A stretch of 64,000 nucleotides of DNA from positions 1 to 64,000 of the forward strand of contig JBLWVX010000004.1 of NCBI GenBank assembly GCA_048268245.1, read 5' to 3'. The notes under the pieces were generated by a model. The model saw nothing but the letters and a program-made list of their open reading frames with translations, had not been told where the DNA came from and searched no databases. The translations under genes were made by a program, and so were the position numbers. Each line of letters opens with the position of its first letter. Position 1 is the stretch's first letter. Shown here piece after piece: positions 1 through 10,617 of the stretch. This DNA is from Arcobacteraceae bacterium. Lineage in GTDB: Bacteria > Campylobacterota > Campylobacteria > Campylobacterales > Arcobacteraceae.

Positions 1-75
1 TCGGGGCGAGAGGATTCGAACCTCCGGCCCCCTGGTCCCAAACCAGGTGCGCTAACCAGACTGCGCTACGCCCCG
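1..75 (-). tRNA. tRNA-Pro (anticodon TGG); any encoded CCA would lie outside the window
   Basis: Reverse complement folds as a cloverleaf: acceptor CGGGGCG/CGCCCCG, D arm GCGC/GCGC, anticodon arm CCTGG-TTTGGGA-CCAGG, T loop TTCGAAT. Confidence 0.97.
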
Positions 76-119
76 ACACTTAACGCTTTTTAAGATGTTT
101 CTCTCAAAAAGTGGACGGA

Positions 120-148
120 ATTATAATATATTTTTTTTACTTTGTCAA
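120..148 (-). promoter_or_regulatory. Consensus sigma70 promoter for tRNA-Pro
   Basis: Minus strand TTGACA (148-143), 17 nt spacer, TATAAT (125-120), then GC-rich discriminator TCCGTCC, typical of stable RNA promoters. Confidence 0.85.
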
Positions 149-157
149 GGGTTTTTT

Positions 158-189
158 GAAGAAAAATCAAAAAATTTTGATTTTTCTTC
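158..189. terminator. Inverted repeat after thiG, possible terminator
   Basis: GAAGAAAAATCAAAA-aa-TTTTGATTTTTCTTC just downstream of the thiG stop; no clear U-tract on the minus strand. Confidence 0.45.
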
Positions 190-198
190 TAGAAGCCC

Positions 199-981
199 CT
201 AAAATTGGATCAATCCATCAATAGGTGAACTTGCTGTTGCATAAGGTTTTTTAGGAATTCTACCTGCTTTATAAGATAATCTACCTGCAATTGTTGCATA
301 TTTGAATGCTTTTGCCATTGCCATTGGATTTTGTGCTTGAGCTATTGCAGTATTTGCTAAAATTCCATCTGCACCTAATTCCATAGCATAAGAAGCATCA
401 CTTGCACAACCAAGACCTGCATCAACTAATACAGGAACTTTTACAGCATCTTTAATAAATGCAATATTATATGGGTTTTGAATTCCAAGTCCTGAACCTA
501 TTGGTGCTGCTAATGGCATAATTGCATCGGCACCTGCATTTTCTAATTGTTTAGCAACAATTGGATCATCAGAAGTATAAGCCATAATTGTAAAACCTTC
601 TTTCTTTAAAACTTCACAAGCTTTAATAGTTTCGATTACATCTGGATATAGTGTTTTTTGTGCATCACCAATAACTTCTAATTTAATAATATCAATACCT
701 GTAGCTTCTCTCATTAATCTAAAAGTAGTAATTGCCTCTTCAGCTGTAAAACATCCAGCTGAGTTTGGAAGTAGTTTTACATTTGTATCTTTAAAGTAAT
801 CTAATAGATTTTCTTCATTTGGGTTTGTAATATTTACTCTTCTGATTGCAACTGTAATTAGCTCACTTCCTGAAGCTAATGTAGCATCTTTTGTAGTTTG
901 AAAAGAATCATACTTTCCAGAACCAACAATTAATCTACTGTTAAATTCATAATCACCAACTTTTAAAATATCGTCGTTCAT
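199..981 (-). CDS. thiG: Thiazole synthase
   Basis: [43 protein letters not shown] motifs. Confidence 0.96.
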   Translation of the reverse strand: MNDDILKVGDYEFNSRLIVGSGKYDSFQTTKDATLASGSELITVAIRRVNITNPNEENLLDYFKDTNVKLLPNSAGCFTAEEAITTFRLMREATGIDIIKLEVIGDAQKTLYPDVIETIKACEVLKKEGFTIMAYTSDDPIVAKQLENAGADAIMPLAAPIGSGLGIQNPYNIAFIKDAVKVPVLVDAGLGCASDASYAMELGADGILANTAIAQAQNPMAMAKAFKYATIAGRLSYKAGRIPKKPYATASSPIDGLIQF

Positions 982-1032
982 TTTTTAATTTCCTCCAATA
1001 ATGCTTTGTATATATTGTAATGGTTACTAAAA

Positions 1033-1341
1033 TTAGCAACAATCACTTATAAATTTTGTATATTTTTTACTTGAATTTGTTATATCTATTTGGATAATTT
1101 CCGGCACATCATAGCTATGTAATTCTTTAATTTTGCTTTTTACTTTTTCAAAGTTTTCTTTTCTAGTTTTTATATTTAGTATTGTTTCAAAATCACAACA
1201 TAACTCACCTTCCCAAGAATAAACAGATTCTACTTCGTGTAATTGTACACAAGCTGCAAGTTTTTCTTGAACTAAAACCTTTGCTATATTTTTTGCTTCA
1301 ACTTGTGAAGCACATGTTGTTTGAATTATTACTGCATTCAT
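1033..1341 (-). CDS. cutA: Divalent-cation tolerance protein CutA
   Basis: LAACVQ, SVYSWEG, LHSYDVPEI; 102 aa. Confidence 0.93.
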   Translation of the reverse strand: MNAVIIQTTCASQVEAKNIAKVLVQEKLAACVQLHEVESVYSWEGELCCDFETILNIKTRKENFEKVKSKIKELHSYDVPEIIQIDITNSSKKYTKFISDCC

Positions 1342-2726
1342 AACTTTTTTACCTCTTCTATTAAATCTGATGGTATTAAAGAGTAGTCATTCTTTTGATA
1401 AGCCTTTGCAGCTAATGTATGAGCTAAACTAGCACTTATTGCTGCATCTATACTCTTATAACCTTGAGCTAATAATGATGCTATTAATCCACTTAATACA
1501 TCACCACTTCCACCTTTACTTAAAATTGAGCTTCCAAAAGAGTTTACAAAAACTTGATTACCTTTTGATATTATTACATTTGCACCTTTTAATAGTAGTG
1601 TAACATTTGGATATTTATTTGTAAATAAAGAAGCATAATAAAACCTATTGTCTTGAAGTTCTATTATTGAAATATCTGCTATATCACAAAGCTTTAGTAA
1701 AGCACAAAACTCTTTTGGATGTGGAGTTAAAACTATATCCTTATGTAAAACATCTAAAATTAACTCTTCATAAAATAAGTCTGCATCTATAATCATTGGT
1801 ATATCTTTTGACAAAATATCTTCAATCTCTTTTCTATCATATTTACCAAGTCCCATACCAATTGCTATTGCTGTACAGTTTTGACTTAAAAAGTGTGTTT
1901 GCATAATGTGATAAGGTAAATCAAGTTCTTCATGACAAACTACACTTACTAATCCAGCTCCAAATCCAAAAGCAGCTTTTGCGGCAATAACCCCTGCACC
2001 CTTTTTACAACCTGCTATTACATTTAAATGACCAAAAGTTCCTTTATGAGAATTATGTTTTTTAGTTCTTAATGGTAAAATCATATCTTCTTTTTCTAAA
2101 AGATATTTATTTGTATCGTTCTCATAGATTTCTCTTTGAACACCTAAATTAGCTACTTTTATATCTCCAATATACTCTTTTGCTACATCTGTAAATAAAG
2201 ATGTTTTTAAAGCGCCCATTGTAATTGTAATATCTGATTGGAAAGCTACACTTGAAACTTGACCTTTATTATTTATACCACTTGGAATATCACAAGCAAT
2301 TTTTATAGAGTTAAAATTGTTTAGTTTTTCTATTAATTCAATCGCATCATTTTTTAGTGGTTTATTTAAGCCACTTCCAAAAATACAATCTACAATAATA
2401 TCAGCCTCATATAAATTATTTGTGATATTTATACCTAGTTTATTAGCTCTTTTAAGTTGTAGTTGTGACATTTGAGATTTTGCTTTACTATAAAAGTATA
2501 AAGATATATCATAAGCTTTAAAAAGAAGTCTTGCAAGGGCAATTCCATCTGCCCCATTGTTTCCTGAACCACATACAATCAATATAGATTTTTTGTCTTT
2601 ATAGTTTTCTTGGATATATGAAGCCATTGAAGAGGCAGCATGTTCCATCAAAATATCTTCACTCAATGCAAACTCTTCGTAACATCTTTTATCTAAAGAG
2701 TTTACCTCATCAAATAGTTTCTTCAT
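1338..2726 (-). CDS. nnr: Bifunctional NAD(P)H-hydrate epimerase/dehydratase
   Basis: YjeF_N motifs LMEHA, CGSGNNGADG, DIPSG; YjeF_C motifs SHKGTFG, LTPHPKEF, GGSGDVLSG. Confidence 0.93.
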   Translation of the reverse strand: MKKLFDEVNSLDKRCYEEFALSEDILMEHAASSMASYIQENYKDKKSILIVCGSGNNGADGIALARLLFKAYDISLYFYSKAKSQMSQLQLKRANKLGINITNNLYEADIIVDCIFGSGLNKPLKNDAIELIEKLNNFNSIKIACDIPSGINNKGQVSSVAFQSDITITMGALKTSLFTDVAKEYIGDIKVANLGVQREIYENDTNKYLLEKEDMILPLRTKKHNSHKGTFGHLNVIAGCKKGAGVIAAKAAFGFGAGLVSVVCHEELDLPYHIMQTHFLSQNCTAIAIGMGLGKYDRKEIEDILSKDIPMIIDADLFYEELILDVLHKDIVLTPHPKEFCALLKLCDIADISIIELQDNRFYYASLFTNKYPNVTLLLKGANVIISKGNQVFVNSFGSSILSKGGSGDVLSGLIASLLAQGYKSIDAAISASLAHTLAAKAYQKNDYSLIPSDLIEEVKKL

Positions 2727-2734
2727 AATAATCC

Positions 2735-3064
2735 TTATTTTTTAAATTTCCAAGCATTAGCCTCTAAAACAGTTTTTACTTTATCTTTTACATCACCTTG
2801 TAATTCTATCCACTCTTCTTTTATAGCTCCGCCACAAGCAAGCTTTTTCTTTAGTAATTTAAGAACTTCCTTTTTCTCTTTTTCTTCTAAATAAAATCTT
2901 CCTACTATTGTTACAGGTTTACCTTTTCTTTTTTCATATGTAAATACTAACTGATGTTGATTTTTAGGAATTATCTCGTTGTTTGATTTGTTTTTATTTT
3001 TTTTATCGTTTTTAGAAGTATCAAAACTATCACCTTCTAATTTTGCACCCATTTCAAATATCAT
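2735..3064 (-). CDS. yciH: SUI1 family translation initiation factor
   Basis: RKGKPVT, LKKKLACGG, IELQGD. Confidence 0.9.
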   Translation of the reverse strand: MIFEMGAKLEGDSFDTSKNDKKNKNKSNNEIIPKNQHQLVFTYEKRKGKPVTIVGRFYLEEKEKKEVLKLLKKKLACGGAIKEEWIELQGDVKDKVKTVLEANAWKFKK

Positions 3065-3065
3065 A

Positions 3066-4079
3066 TTACATACCTTTTAATCTAGTTTGTACATCTATTT
3101 CATTTACATTTACAAAATCATTTTGTTTATATTGTTCAACTGATACTCTTCCAATCATAGCAGCATTATCAGAACAATATTTTAATTGGCTTAAATGAAG
3201 GTTTGTTTTATGTTTATTACACAACTCTTCTATTTGAGTTCTTAAATGTATATTAGCACTAGCTCCACCTACTATTGCAAAATCTTTTGGAATTATCTTT
3301 TTAAACTGTTTTTTTAGTTTTTGCATTATATGAGCAACTGCAGTTTTTTGAAAAGAAGCACAAACATCATATTTATCTTGTTCAGTTATACCACCCTCTT
3401 GGTTTTCTAGCTTTTCTATTTGCATTCTTACTGCATTTTTTAAACCACTATAACTAAACTGTATATTAGGACTTTGTCTTAAAGGAACTGGAAAATCAAA
3501 TCTATTTTCATCACCTTTTAATCCATACTCTTGAACAACTGGACCACCTGGATAACCTAAGCCCATCATTTTAGCAACCTTATCAAAACTCTCACCAAAA
3601 CTATCATCAATTGTTGAAGCAATGATATTCATATCATTTAAAGATTTTGCTTCTATGATTTGAGTATGTCCACCTGATACTAAAAGTATTGTCATTGGTA
3701 AAACTTCTTGCTTTTCTATAAATAGTGAATAAATATGACCTTTTAGATGATTTACTGCAATTAATGGAAGATTTAAACTAATACTAAGCGCTTTAGCCAT
3801 AGTAACTCCCTCCATTAGTGTTACAGACAAACCAGGAGCATTTGTAACTGCTATTGCTTTTAATAAAGGAAAAAACTCTTTACACTCTTCTAATATTTTT
3901 GGTAAAGCTTCCACATGAAGTCTTGCAGCAAGTTCAGGAACTACTCCTCCATACATACTATGTTGAAGTTCTTGAGATATTTTTTTATGATAAACTAGCT
4001 CTAAACTATTTATATCTGTAATAGCAATTGAACTATCATCACAACTTGATTCAATACTTAAGATTAACTCTTTTGACAT
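3066..4079 (-). CDS. tsaD: tRNA threonylcarbamoyltransferase TsaD
   Basis: [40 protein letters not shown]. Confidence 0.96.
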   Translation of the reverse strand: MSKELILSIESSCDDSSIAITDINSLELVYHKKISQELQHSMYGGVVPELAARLHVEALPKILEECKEFFPLLKAIAVTNAPGLSVTLMEGVTMAKALSISLNLPLIAVNHLKGHIYSLFIEKQEVLPMTILLVSGGHTQIIEAKSLNDMNIIASTIDDSFGESFDKVAKMMGLGYPGGPVVQEYGLKGDENRFDFPVPLRQSPNIQFSYSGLKNAVRMQIEKLENQEGGITEQDKYDVCASFQKTAVAHIMQKLKKQFKKIIPKDFAIVGGASANIHLRTQIEELCNKHKTNLHLSQLKYCSDNAAMIGRVSVEQYKQNDFVNVNEIDVQTRLKGM

Positions 4080-4631
4080 TTATATATAACCCTTATCATT
4101 TTTCTCTTTAGTTAACCAATCAAGTGCAAAATCATGACTTCCAAAGCCAGAGTCTGCATTTATATGTCCTGCATCTTTCATAACATTTATTTCTACATTT
4201 AAATCTTCTTTTAATTGCATAGCCTCTTCTTCTGTCATATAAGGATCATTTGTTGAAGCTAACATAATAATCTCTTTTGCTTTTAAATCTTTAGGCGGTG
4301 TATAAGGATAAAATGTTTGGGCTGCTTCTACTACTCTATTTCTTGATACAGGAGCAACTAACATTAGTTTTTCTAAATTTATATTTAACTCTTCACAAGT
4401 TTGAAACCATAACACATTTGCCAATGAGTGACAAATAACAGTATCAGGTTTAAAATGCTCTATCTCTTTTTTTAAAAACTCTTTCCACTCTTCTAATTGT
4501 GGATTATCTCTTTTAGGAAAAGCTGGAAATGATACTGTATAATTTTGTTTGATTAAATCACCTGCTAAAACAGCTTGCCAGTGAGGGTAATCACTTCCTC
4601 CTAATCCGTGTAATATTAATACTCTTTGCAT
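4080..4631 (-). CDS. RBBP9/YdeN family alpha/beta hydrolase
   Basis: LILHGLGGS...HWQ, CHSLA nucleophile elbow, STNDPY, AGHIN. Confidence 0.88.
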   Translation of the reverse strand: MQRVLILHGLGGSDYPHWQAVLAGDLIKQNYTVSFPAFPKRDNPQLEEWKEFLKKEIEHFKPDTVICHSLANVLWFQTCEELNINLEKLMLVAPVSRNRVVEAAQTFYPYTPPKDLKAKEIIMLASTNDPYMTEEEAMQLKEDLNVEINVMKDAGHINADSGFGSHDFALDWLTKEKNDKGYI

Positions 4632-4645
4632 TTCTTATCTCCTAT

Positions 4646-5071
4646 TTACATACTTCTAACACATCTAACATATTTCTTTTTATGTCTACTATCATAATAT
4701 GGTGTACCACTTACAAAATGCATATAATCAGCATAAAACCATAAAGTTCTCCAATGAGCTTTTAAAGCCCAGTAACCATCTGGTACATTATATTTGAATC
4801 TGTAATTTATATAGTTTTTATAATTCTTCTTATTTACAATAGTTTTAAATTCATCAATTGTTGGAATTCTCCAATTTGAATATCCTGCAAAAACTAGATT
4901 TTCACAATATGCAATTGAGTTTTCATGATCTTTTTTGATTTTTATTACATCAAGATTATCTATCCACATAAGCTTAGTATTTGTATCAATAACTACTTCT
5001 AAATTACTTTTTCTAAATGTTTGTGATTGTAATAATGAACAAAATAAAACTAAAAAAACTATATATTTCAT
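4646..5071 (-). CDS. Secreted DUF1566 (Lcl C-terminal-like) domain protein
   Basis: Signal peptide; VIDTNTKLMW, AYCENL, GYSNWRIPTIDE, YVRCVR. Confidence 0.82.
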   Translation of the reverse strand: MKYIVFLVLFCSLLQSQTFRKSNLEVVIDTNTKLMWIDNLDVIKIKKDHENSIAYCENLVFAGYSNWRIPTIDEFKTIVNKKNYKNYINYRFKYNVPDGYWALKAHWRTLWFYADYMHFVSGTPYYDSRHKKKYVRCVRSM

Positions 5072-5074
5072 AAC

Positions 5075-5362
5075 TTATCCTTTTAAGTTATCTGTTTGAA
5101 ACTTCCCTTTTTCAAGATTATCTTTTACATTTTCATCAAGAAGTTCTATCTTTAACTTATATCCTTGCTTATATACTAAACCTACCAAAACTTTTGGTAA
5201 ATCTTCTTTTTTCTCTTCTTTAAAAGTTGAAGTACTTTTCCATTCTTCAAACTTCTTTTCATATAATTGTACTATATCTTTTTCAAATTTACTTCTTGTG
5301 TAGATTAGATAAATAACTAATATTAGTAAAATTGAAAAAGGAATTAACATATCAAGACTCAC
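5075..5362 (-). CDS. Small membrane-anchored hypothetical protein
   Basis: N-terminal TM helix; overlaps the dxr stop in an operon. Confidence 0.7.
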   Translation of the reverse strand: MSLDMLIPFSILLILVIYLIYTRSKFEKDIVQLYEKKFEEWKSTSTFKEEKKEDLPKVLVGLVYKQGYKLKIELLDENVKDNLEKGKFQTDNLKG

Positions 5363-6419
5363 AGTAGTTCCTTACTTCTTTATCTATTTCAAATATATCT
5401 TCAATTGTTTTTGCTTTTACATAATTAAATTTATTTACTACATCTAAGCTAATCCTTGATACATCTAAAAAGCCTATTTCATTATTTAGAAATTTTGACA
5501 CAGCTACTTCATTTGCTGCATTTAGAACAACACCTAAATCAAGATTATTTAAGATTTCATCTTTTATTTCCCATATAGGGTATCTAGCTTGTTCAATTTT
5601 TCTAAACTCTAAAGAGGCTACTTCAACTAAATCCACTGGTTCTAGTACTTGCTCATCACATTTTCCTAAAATTGCATAAGCAATTGGAAGTTGCATAGAA
5701 GCATTTGCTATATGAGCAGTTGTACTTCCATCTTTAAAGTTTATAAGCGCATGAATAAGTGATTTAGTTTCAATAACGGCATCTAGTTTTTTGATATCAA
5801 ATAACCATGCAGCTTCCATTAGCTCAAACATCTTATTTGTCATAGTAGCACTGTCTATTGTAATTTTATTTCCCATAGACCAATTTGGATGATTTAATGC
5901 TTCTTTTATAGATACATTTGCTAGTGACGCAATTGGATAATCTCTAAAAGATCCACCACTTGCTGTAACTAACATAGAATCAATCTTTTTATCTTGTAAT
6001 AAATACCATAGCCCAAAATGTTCACTATCAATAGGACTTAAAGAGGCTTTATCTATAAACTTTCCAGCAACTACTAAAGACTCTTTATTTGCTAAAGCAA
6101 CTTTTTTACCACACTCTATAGCCTTTAGAGTTGGTTTTAATCCAAGAAAACCAACAAGTGCATTTACTACGGTTTTTGAAGTACTATTTTCAATAGCTTC
6201 CAAAATAGCTTCTTCACCAAAAGACACATCATCATGGCTTACTTTATGAAGATCATCTTTTGAACCAATAACAACTTTTTTTGGCTTAAACTCTTTTATT
6301 TGATTGTTTAGTACTTCAATATTTCTTCCTGCAACTAAAACCTCTACGTTTAAGTTGAACTTTCTTGCAATATTTAAAGTATTAACACCAATAGAACCTG
6401 TACTTCCTAATACAATCAC
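5352..6419 (-). CDS. dxr: 1-deoxy-D-xylulose 5-phosphate reductoisomerase
   Basis: LGSTGSIG, LANKESLV, PIDSEH, HPNWSMGNKITIDSAT. Confidence 0.97.
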   Translation of the reverse strand: MIVLGSTGSIGVNTLNIARKFNLNVEVLVAGRNIEVLNNQIKEFKPKKVVIGSKDDLHKVSHDDVSFGEEAILEAIENSTSKTVVNALVGFLGLKPTLKAIECGKKVALANKESLVVAGKFIDKASLSPIDSEHFGLWYLLQDKKIDSMLVTASGGSFRDYPIASLANVSIKEALNHPNWSMGNKITIDSATMTNKMFELMEAAWLFDIKKLDAVIETKSLIHALINFKDGSTTAHIANASMQLPIAYAILGKCDEQVLEPVDLVEVASLEFRKIEQARYPIWEIKDEILNNLDLGVVLNAANEVAVSKFLNNEIGFLDVSRISLDVVNKFNYVKAKTIEDIFEIDKEVRNYCES

Positions 6420-7174
6420 ATTACAATCCTAAGAAGAACTAACATTACAATCGCACCAAAAAGGTATCCATCTGTTCTATCTAATATCCCACCATGTCCA
6501 GGAAGAATATTTCCACTATCTTTTACACCAGCTTCTCTTTTTAAATAAGACTCAAATAAGTCTCCAAATACAGAAGCAAAAGCAACGATAACTGAAATTA
6601 CTATAGCCATTATAAGGCTTAGATTATCATGGGCAAAAATTGTTCCTAAGATACCAGCTGTTACAACTCCACCTACTACACCTTCTATTGTTTTATTAGG
6701 ACTTGTTTCACAAAATTGAGTTTTTCCTATACTCTTACCAACAAAATAAGCACCAGTATCAGCACCTGCAACAATCACAAGTAACCATAAAAGAGTCATA
6801 ACTCCATATTCAGAGTACAGTGATAATAAGAATAAAAATGAAGCAGTTGGATAAAGAAGAGGTAAAAACATTTTTTTATCAAGTGTTTTTTTGTATGCCA
6901 ATTGAGAAGCATAACCAATAGCAACAATAAAAATTAAATCCTCTGGATTTGTATGGAAATATGCAGCAAACCATAAAAGAGCTGTGTATACATAAATACT
7001 ATCACTTTTTAAACCAAAAAGCTTTTTTGATTCGCTAATTGAAATCATTAGCATCGTACCAAATAAAAGCCACATTATAAAAAATGAATCTATATACCCA
7101 ACTATTACCATTGCAATAATTAGAACTAAACCTGTCTTAATTCTAGTAGAACTATCTTTGATTATATCAGCCAT
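6416..7174 (-). CDS. cdsA: Phosphatidate cytidylyltransferase
   Basis: SPNKTIEG, GDLFESYLKR, KDSGNILPGHGGILDR. Confidence 0.95.
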   Translation of the reverse strand: MADIIKDSSTRIKTGLVLIIAMVIVGYIDSFFIMWLLFGTMLMISISESKKLFGLKSDSIYVYTALLWFAAYFHTNPEDLIFIVAIGYASQLAYKKTLDKKMFLPLLYPTASFLFLLSLYSEYGVMTLLWLLVIVAGADTGAYFVGKSIGKTQFCETSPNKTIEGVVGGVVTAGILGTIFAHDNLSLIMAIVISVIVAFASVFGDLFESYLKREAGVKDSGNILPGHGGILDRTDGYLFGAIVMLVLLRIVM

Positions 7175-7231
7175 AAAGTAAACCTTGTGTTAATTGAAAT
7201 TAACTAGATTATACTAAAGTTTGGCTTTTGA

Positions 7232-8560
7232 TTAAATTTTTACAACTGTAGTTGTATATGGATTATATAATACATTTGAACCTGATTGTATTTTAACATT
7301 TCTTCTTTGTGTAAAATCAACTTCATAAGTACCTGAACTATCCATAGAAAACTTGGCACAGAGTATTGCTGCTTGCTCTATCACTGAATCTGGAATTGTT
7401 TTTTTAGAATTTTGAACTATTACATGAGCAGATGTTCTATCTTTTAGATGAAACCAAAAATCGCTTGCTTTTGAGTTTTTGAGTAAATATACATTTTCTC
7501 GCTCACTTGTTCCTAACATGATTTTGTAACCTTCATAAAAAAAGCTTTCATAAGGTTGAGCTTTTTTAACTTTTGCTTGGTTTCTTTCTTTTTTAGGATA
7601 CAAGAACTCACATTCTTGAATAGAATTTGCATTTTTAATATTTAATTTCATTCTATGTAAAAATGCTAATTTCTCATCTAAATTGTCTTTTTCAAGTGAA
7701 ATATTTTCAGCTTTTTGTTTAGCTCTTTTTGCTTTTTTAAATAAATCATTTGAGTATTTTGAAGCTGATGCATTCTCTTCTAAATCTATTTCTACTTCAT
7801 TACCACTGTAATCATAAGTTTTCAAAGTTTTTTGATATGGCTTTAGGTTATGAATATTTCCTAAAATCAAATTTGCTTTTTCATATAAATTATTAGACTC
7901 TTCTTCTAACTCTTCTTTTTTTGCTAATGAATTAATTGTTTTTTCTAATTTCTTTATTTTTTTATCTATCTGAGTTATTTTTTGTTTTTTTAAATTCTCT
8001 AAACTTTTTAATTCTTTTTGAGTAAATATCTCATATAAATACTCTTCAATATTTTCAACTTTATCTACTTTTGGAATAAAGTCTTGTTTTGGAATCTCAT
8101 CAAGTTTATGCCCTACTTTTACAATTCTACTTGATGAAAACTCATCAATATGTCTTAAAGCCTCAAGAACCACTCTATTTTCATCTAAAAGAATTATATT
8201 AGTATGCTTGCCTGTAAACTCTAATTGTAAAATTGTTGTAAGTTTTTTATATGAAGAAGATGAGTTCACTTTTATATTAATTACCTTATCATCTTGATAT
8301 AAACATATATCTTCTACTTTAGAATTATTTAACCTTTTTTGAAGTACCACATCAAAAGGTGCATTGAAATCTTTCTTTGATTTAAGCACCTCTTTTGACT
8401 TAAAAATTGAGCTATTTCCCTTTGTCATATCAAAATATAATATATTTAAATTATTAAATTCAATTATAATTGTATTATTGTCAATTCTCTTACAAAGTCT
8501 TATTTTATGGACATTATCCAACAGATACTCCACGACTTGTTTTAATAAAAAATGTTTCAT
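7232..8560 (-). CDS. NFACT/Rqc2 (RqcH/FbpA-like) protein
   Basis: LEFTGKHTNIIL, coiled coil, NFACT-R C-terminus (DFWFHLKD, SAHV, VDFTQRRNVK). Confidence 0.85.
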   Translation of the reverse strand: MKHFLLKQVVEYLLDNVHKIRLCKRIDNNTIIIEFNNLNILYFDMTKGNSSIFKSKEVLKSKKDFNAPFDVVLQKRLNNSKVEDICLYQDDKVINIKVNSSSSYKKLTTILQLEFTGKHTNIILLDENRVVLEALRHIDEFSSSRIVKVGHKLDEIPKQDFIPKVDKVENIEEYLYEIFTQKELKSLENLKKQKITQIDKKIKKLEKTINSLAKKEELEEESNNLYEKANLILGNIHNLKPYQKTLKTYDYSGNEVEIDLEENASASKYSNDLFKKAKRAKQKAENISLEKDNLDEKLAFLHRMKLNIKNANSIQECEFLYPKKERNQAKVKKAQPYESFFYEGYKIMLGTSERENVYLLKNSKASDFWFHLKDRTSAHVIVQNSKKTIPDSVIEQAAILCAKFSMDSSGTYEVDFTQRRNVKIQSGSNVLYNPYTTTVVKI

Positions 8561-8646
8561 ATAGTATTCACTTTTCTAATATTTTATAAGATAGTATTTA
8601 TCTGTATTAGATATAATTGTATCCAAATAATTATTAGGAGTGAAAA

Positions 8647-8967
8647 ATGAAGTTATTGAAGTTATTACTAGCTGCTACTTTAGTATTAGGTGTATCTGCT
8701 ACAACGTTAAGTGCAAGTTCTGTAAAGGGTCAAAAGCTATTTATTAAAAAGTTCAAAAAACCTTGTGGAATGAATGGAGCAAAATTTGCTGCAAAACACT
8801 CTCAAGACGAATGGCAAGAGATTATGGATAATGGAAACTTTAAAAAAGAGTTTGTAAAAATTTGTCCAAATGTAAATGAATCAGATATTAAAGATAGCTG
8901 GGTAGAGCATATTTTTGAATTCTCTTATGAGTACGCAAATGATTCAGGAAATGTTCCTTCTTGTTAA
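8647..8967 (+). CDS. Small exported Cys/His protein, cytochrome-c-like N-terminus but no CxxCH
   Basis: SD AGGAG, signal peptide, KGQKLF, CGMNGAKFAAKH, C-terminal DSGNVPSC. Confidence 0.6.
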   Translation: MKLLKLLLAATLVLGVSATTLSASSVKGQKLFIKKFKKPCGMNGAKFAAKHSQDEWQEIMDNGNFKKEFVKICPNVNESDIKDSWVEHIFEFSYEYANDSGNVPSC

Positions 8968-8985
8968 TTACAAATCACTACTTTT

Positions 8986-9016
8986 AAAAGCTTGGTTTAA
9001 TAACCAAGCTTTTTTT
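8986..9016 (+). terminator. Intrinsic terminator
   Basis: AAAAGCTTGGTT-taat-AACCAAGCTTTTTTT. Confidence 0.85.
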
Positions 9017-9110
9017 ATGCCCAATCTAGTATAATTTAAACTAATGATTTAACTATAAATTAAATTAATAAAACTTATAATACAGAAAATTTAAACCAAG
9101 GATTTTAAAT

Positions 9111-10595
9111 ATGAAAAAAGTATTATTAAGTTTAGCTGCAATTACTACACTTACTACTAGCTCTTTTGCAAATGATATAAATAAAGAGATGTTTGAACAA
9201 ATACAAATATTAAAAGCAAAAATTGATGCATTAGAAAAACAAATGCAAAAGCAAAATGAAACTCCAAAACTAGATGAAAAAAGAATTGTAAAAATAGAGA
9301 AAAAACTAAAAAGTAATTCTAAAAAAATACAAAAAGTAAAAGCCCATGATGCAGGGGATAATATAAAATGGAATGTAGACTTTAGAACACAAGTTGATAA
9401 TCTAAACTATAAATTAGCAAATGGAAAAAGATTGAAAAATGAAGCTGTTATGTCTAATAGACTAAATTTAGGTATGAAGTTTAAAGCAGATGAAAACTCA
9501 CTATTTTATGGAATGCTTTCATACAATAAACTTTATGGAGAAAACTCTTCAAATACAACTAATAACGCAAATTTTGATTGGATTACAAATGAAAGTGCAA
9601 CAAATGATAATGAACTAAAAGTAAAGGAAGCTTATTGGTTGTACTCAAATGATTCATTTTTAGGAAATGATGATATTTCATGGACAGCAAGTGTTGGAAG
9701 ACGTCCTTCAACTGATGGTTTAGGTATAAATTATAGAGCAAATCAAAAAAGAAAATCAGCCTTAGCTCATACTGTAAATGTAGAGTTTGATGGAGCAAGT
9801 GCAAGATTTAATATAGATAAACTTACAGGAATGACAGGTTCTTGGGCAAAGGTTTGTATGGGTAGAGGTTTAACAAATGCAAAACTTAGATTCTCAAATG
9901 ATGGAAAACCAGCGTATACAAAAGATGCAAGTAGTGAAAATATTGATATGGCTGGCTTAATTTATGTACCTTATGATGATGGACAATACTCAATTCATAC
10001 AAACTACGCAAGAGCTTGGAACTTGATAGGAAATGAAGATTTAAATGCAAACGGAAAATTAGACTCAAATGAAAAAGCCTTTAAAGATTTTGGAAAAATT
10101 GATTTAGCAACTTTAATGTTTAAAACTGATGGTATTGGTAATGGAATTAATGACATTTTAGATTATACAACTGTTTTTGCATCATTTGCTATGAGTAAGA
10201 CTCATCCAAAAGAAGGTATGAGTATGCTAGGTTCAAATGATTCTAAAACAGGTCATTCTATTTGGTTGGGAGTTAATGCTCCATGTCCTTTAAGTCCAGA
10301 TAATGCAAAAATTGGAGTTGAATGGAATAAAGGTAGTAAATATTGGAGATCTATGACTTATGGTGAAGACACAATGGCAGGAAGTAAAATTGCAGCGCGT
10401 GGTACAGCTTGGGAAGTATATAGACATCAACAATTAACAAAAGCCTTAAGTCTTACAATGAGATATACAAATATTAAATATGACTACACAGGAAGTAATG
10501 GTTTCTTTGGAGAATTAGGAGCACCTAATAAAGTTACAGGAGATAGTGTAAAAGAAGCACAAAATATTACAGCAAATATAAGATATAGATTTTAA
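9111..10595 (+). CDS. DUF3373-family putative outer-membrane beta-barrel
   Basis: Signal peptide, N-terminal coiled coil, SVGRRPSTDG, C-terminal aromatic residue (RYRF). Confidence 0.78.
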   Translation: MKKVLLSLAAITTLTTSSFANDINKEMFEQIQILKAKIDALEKQMQKQNETPKLDEKRIVKIEKKLKSNSKKIQKVKAHDAGDNIKWNVDFRTQVDNLNYKLANGKRLKNEAVMSNRLNLGMKFKADENSLFYGMLSYNKLYGENSSNTTNNANFDWITNESATNDNELKVKEAYWLYSNDSFLGNDDISWTASVGRRPSTDGLGINYRANQKRKSALAHTVNVEFDGASARFNIDKLTGMTGSWAKVCMGRGLTNAKLRFSNDGKPAYTKDASSENIDMAGLIYVPYDDGQYSIHTNYARAWNLIGNEDLNANGKLDSNEKAFKDFGKIDLATLMFKTDGIGNGINDILDYTTVFASFAMSKTHPKEGMSMLGSNDSKTGHSIWLGVNAPCPLSPDNAKIGVEWNKGSKYWRSMTYGEDTMAGSKIAARGTAWEVYRHQQLTKALSLTMRYTNIKYDYTGSNGFFGELGAPNKVTGDSVKEAQNITANIRYRF

Positions 10596-10615
10596 GGAAG
10601 TTTTTCTTCCTTAAA
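10591..10615. terminator. Probable bidirectional terminator between convergent genes
   Basis: TTTAAGGAAG-ttttt-CTTCCTTAAA. Confidence 0.7.
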
Positions 10616-10617
10616 TT

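Noticed and set aside
1..200. tRNA as a possible integration site
   Set aside because: Only the 5' flank is in the window; no integrase or duplicated tRNA 3' end was seen
982..1032. TPP riboswitch before thiG
   Set aside because: Gap is only 51 bp and lacks the conserved CUGAGA core
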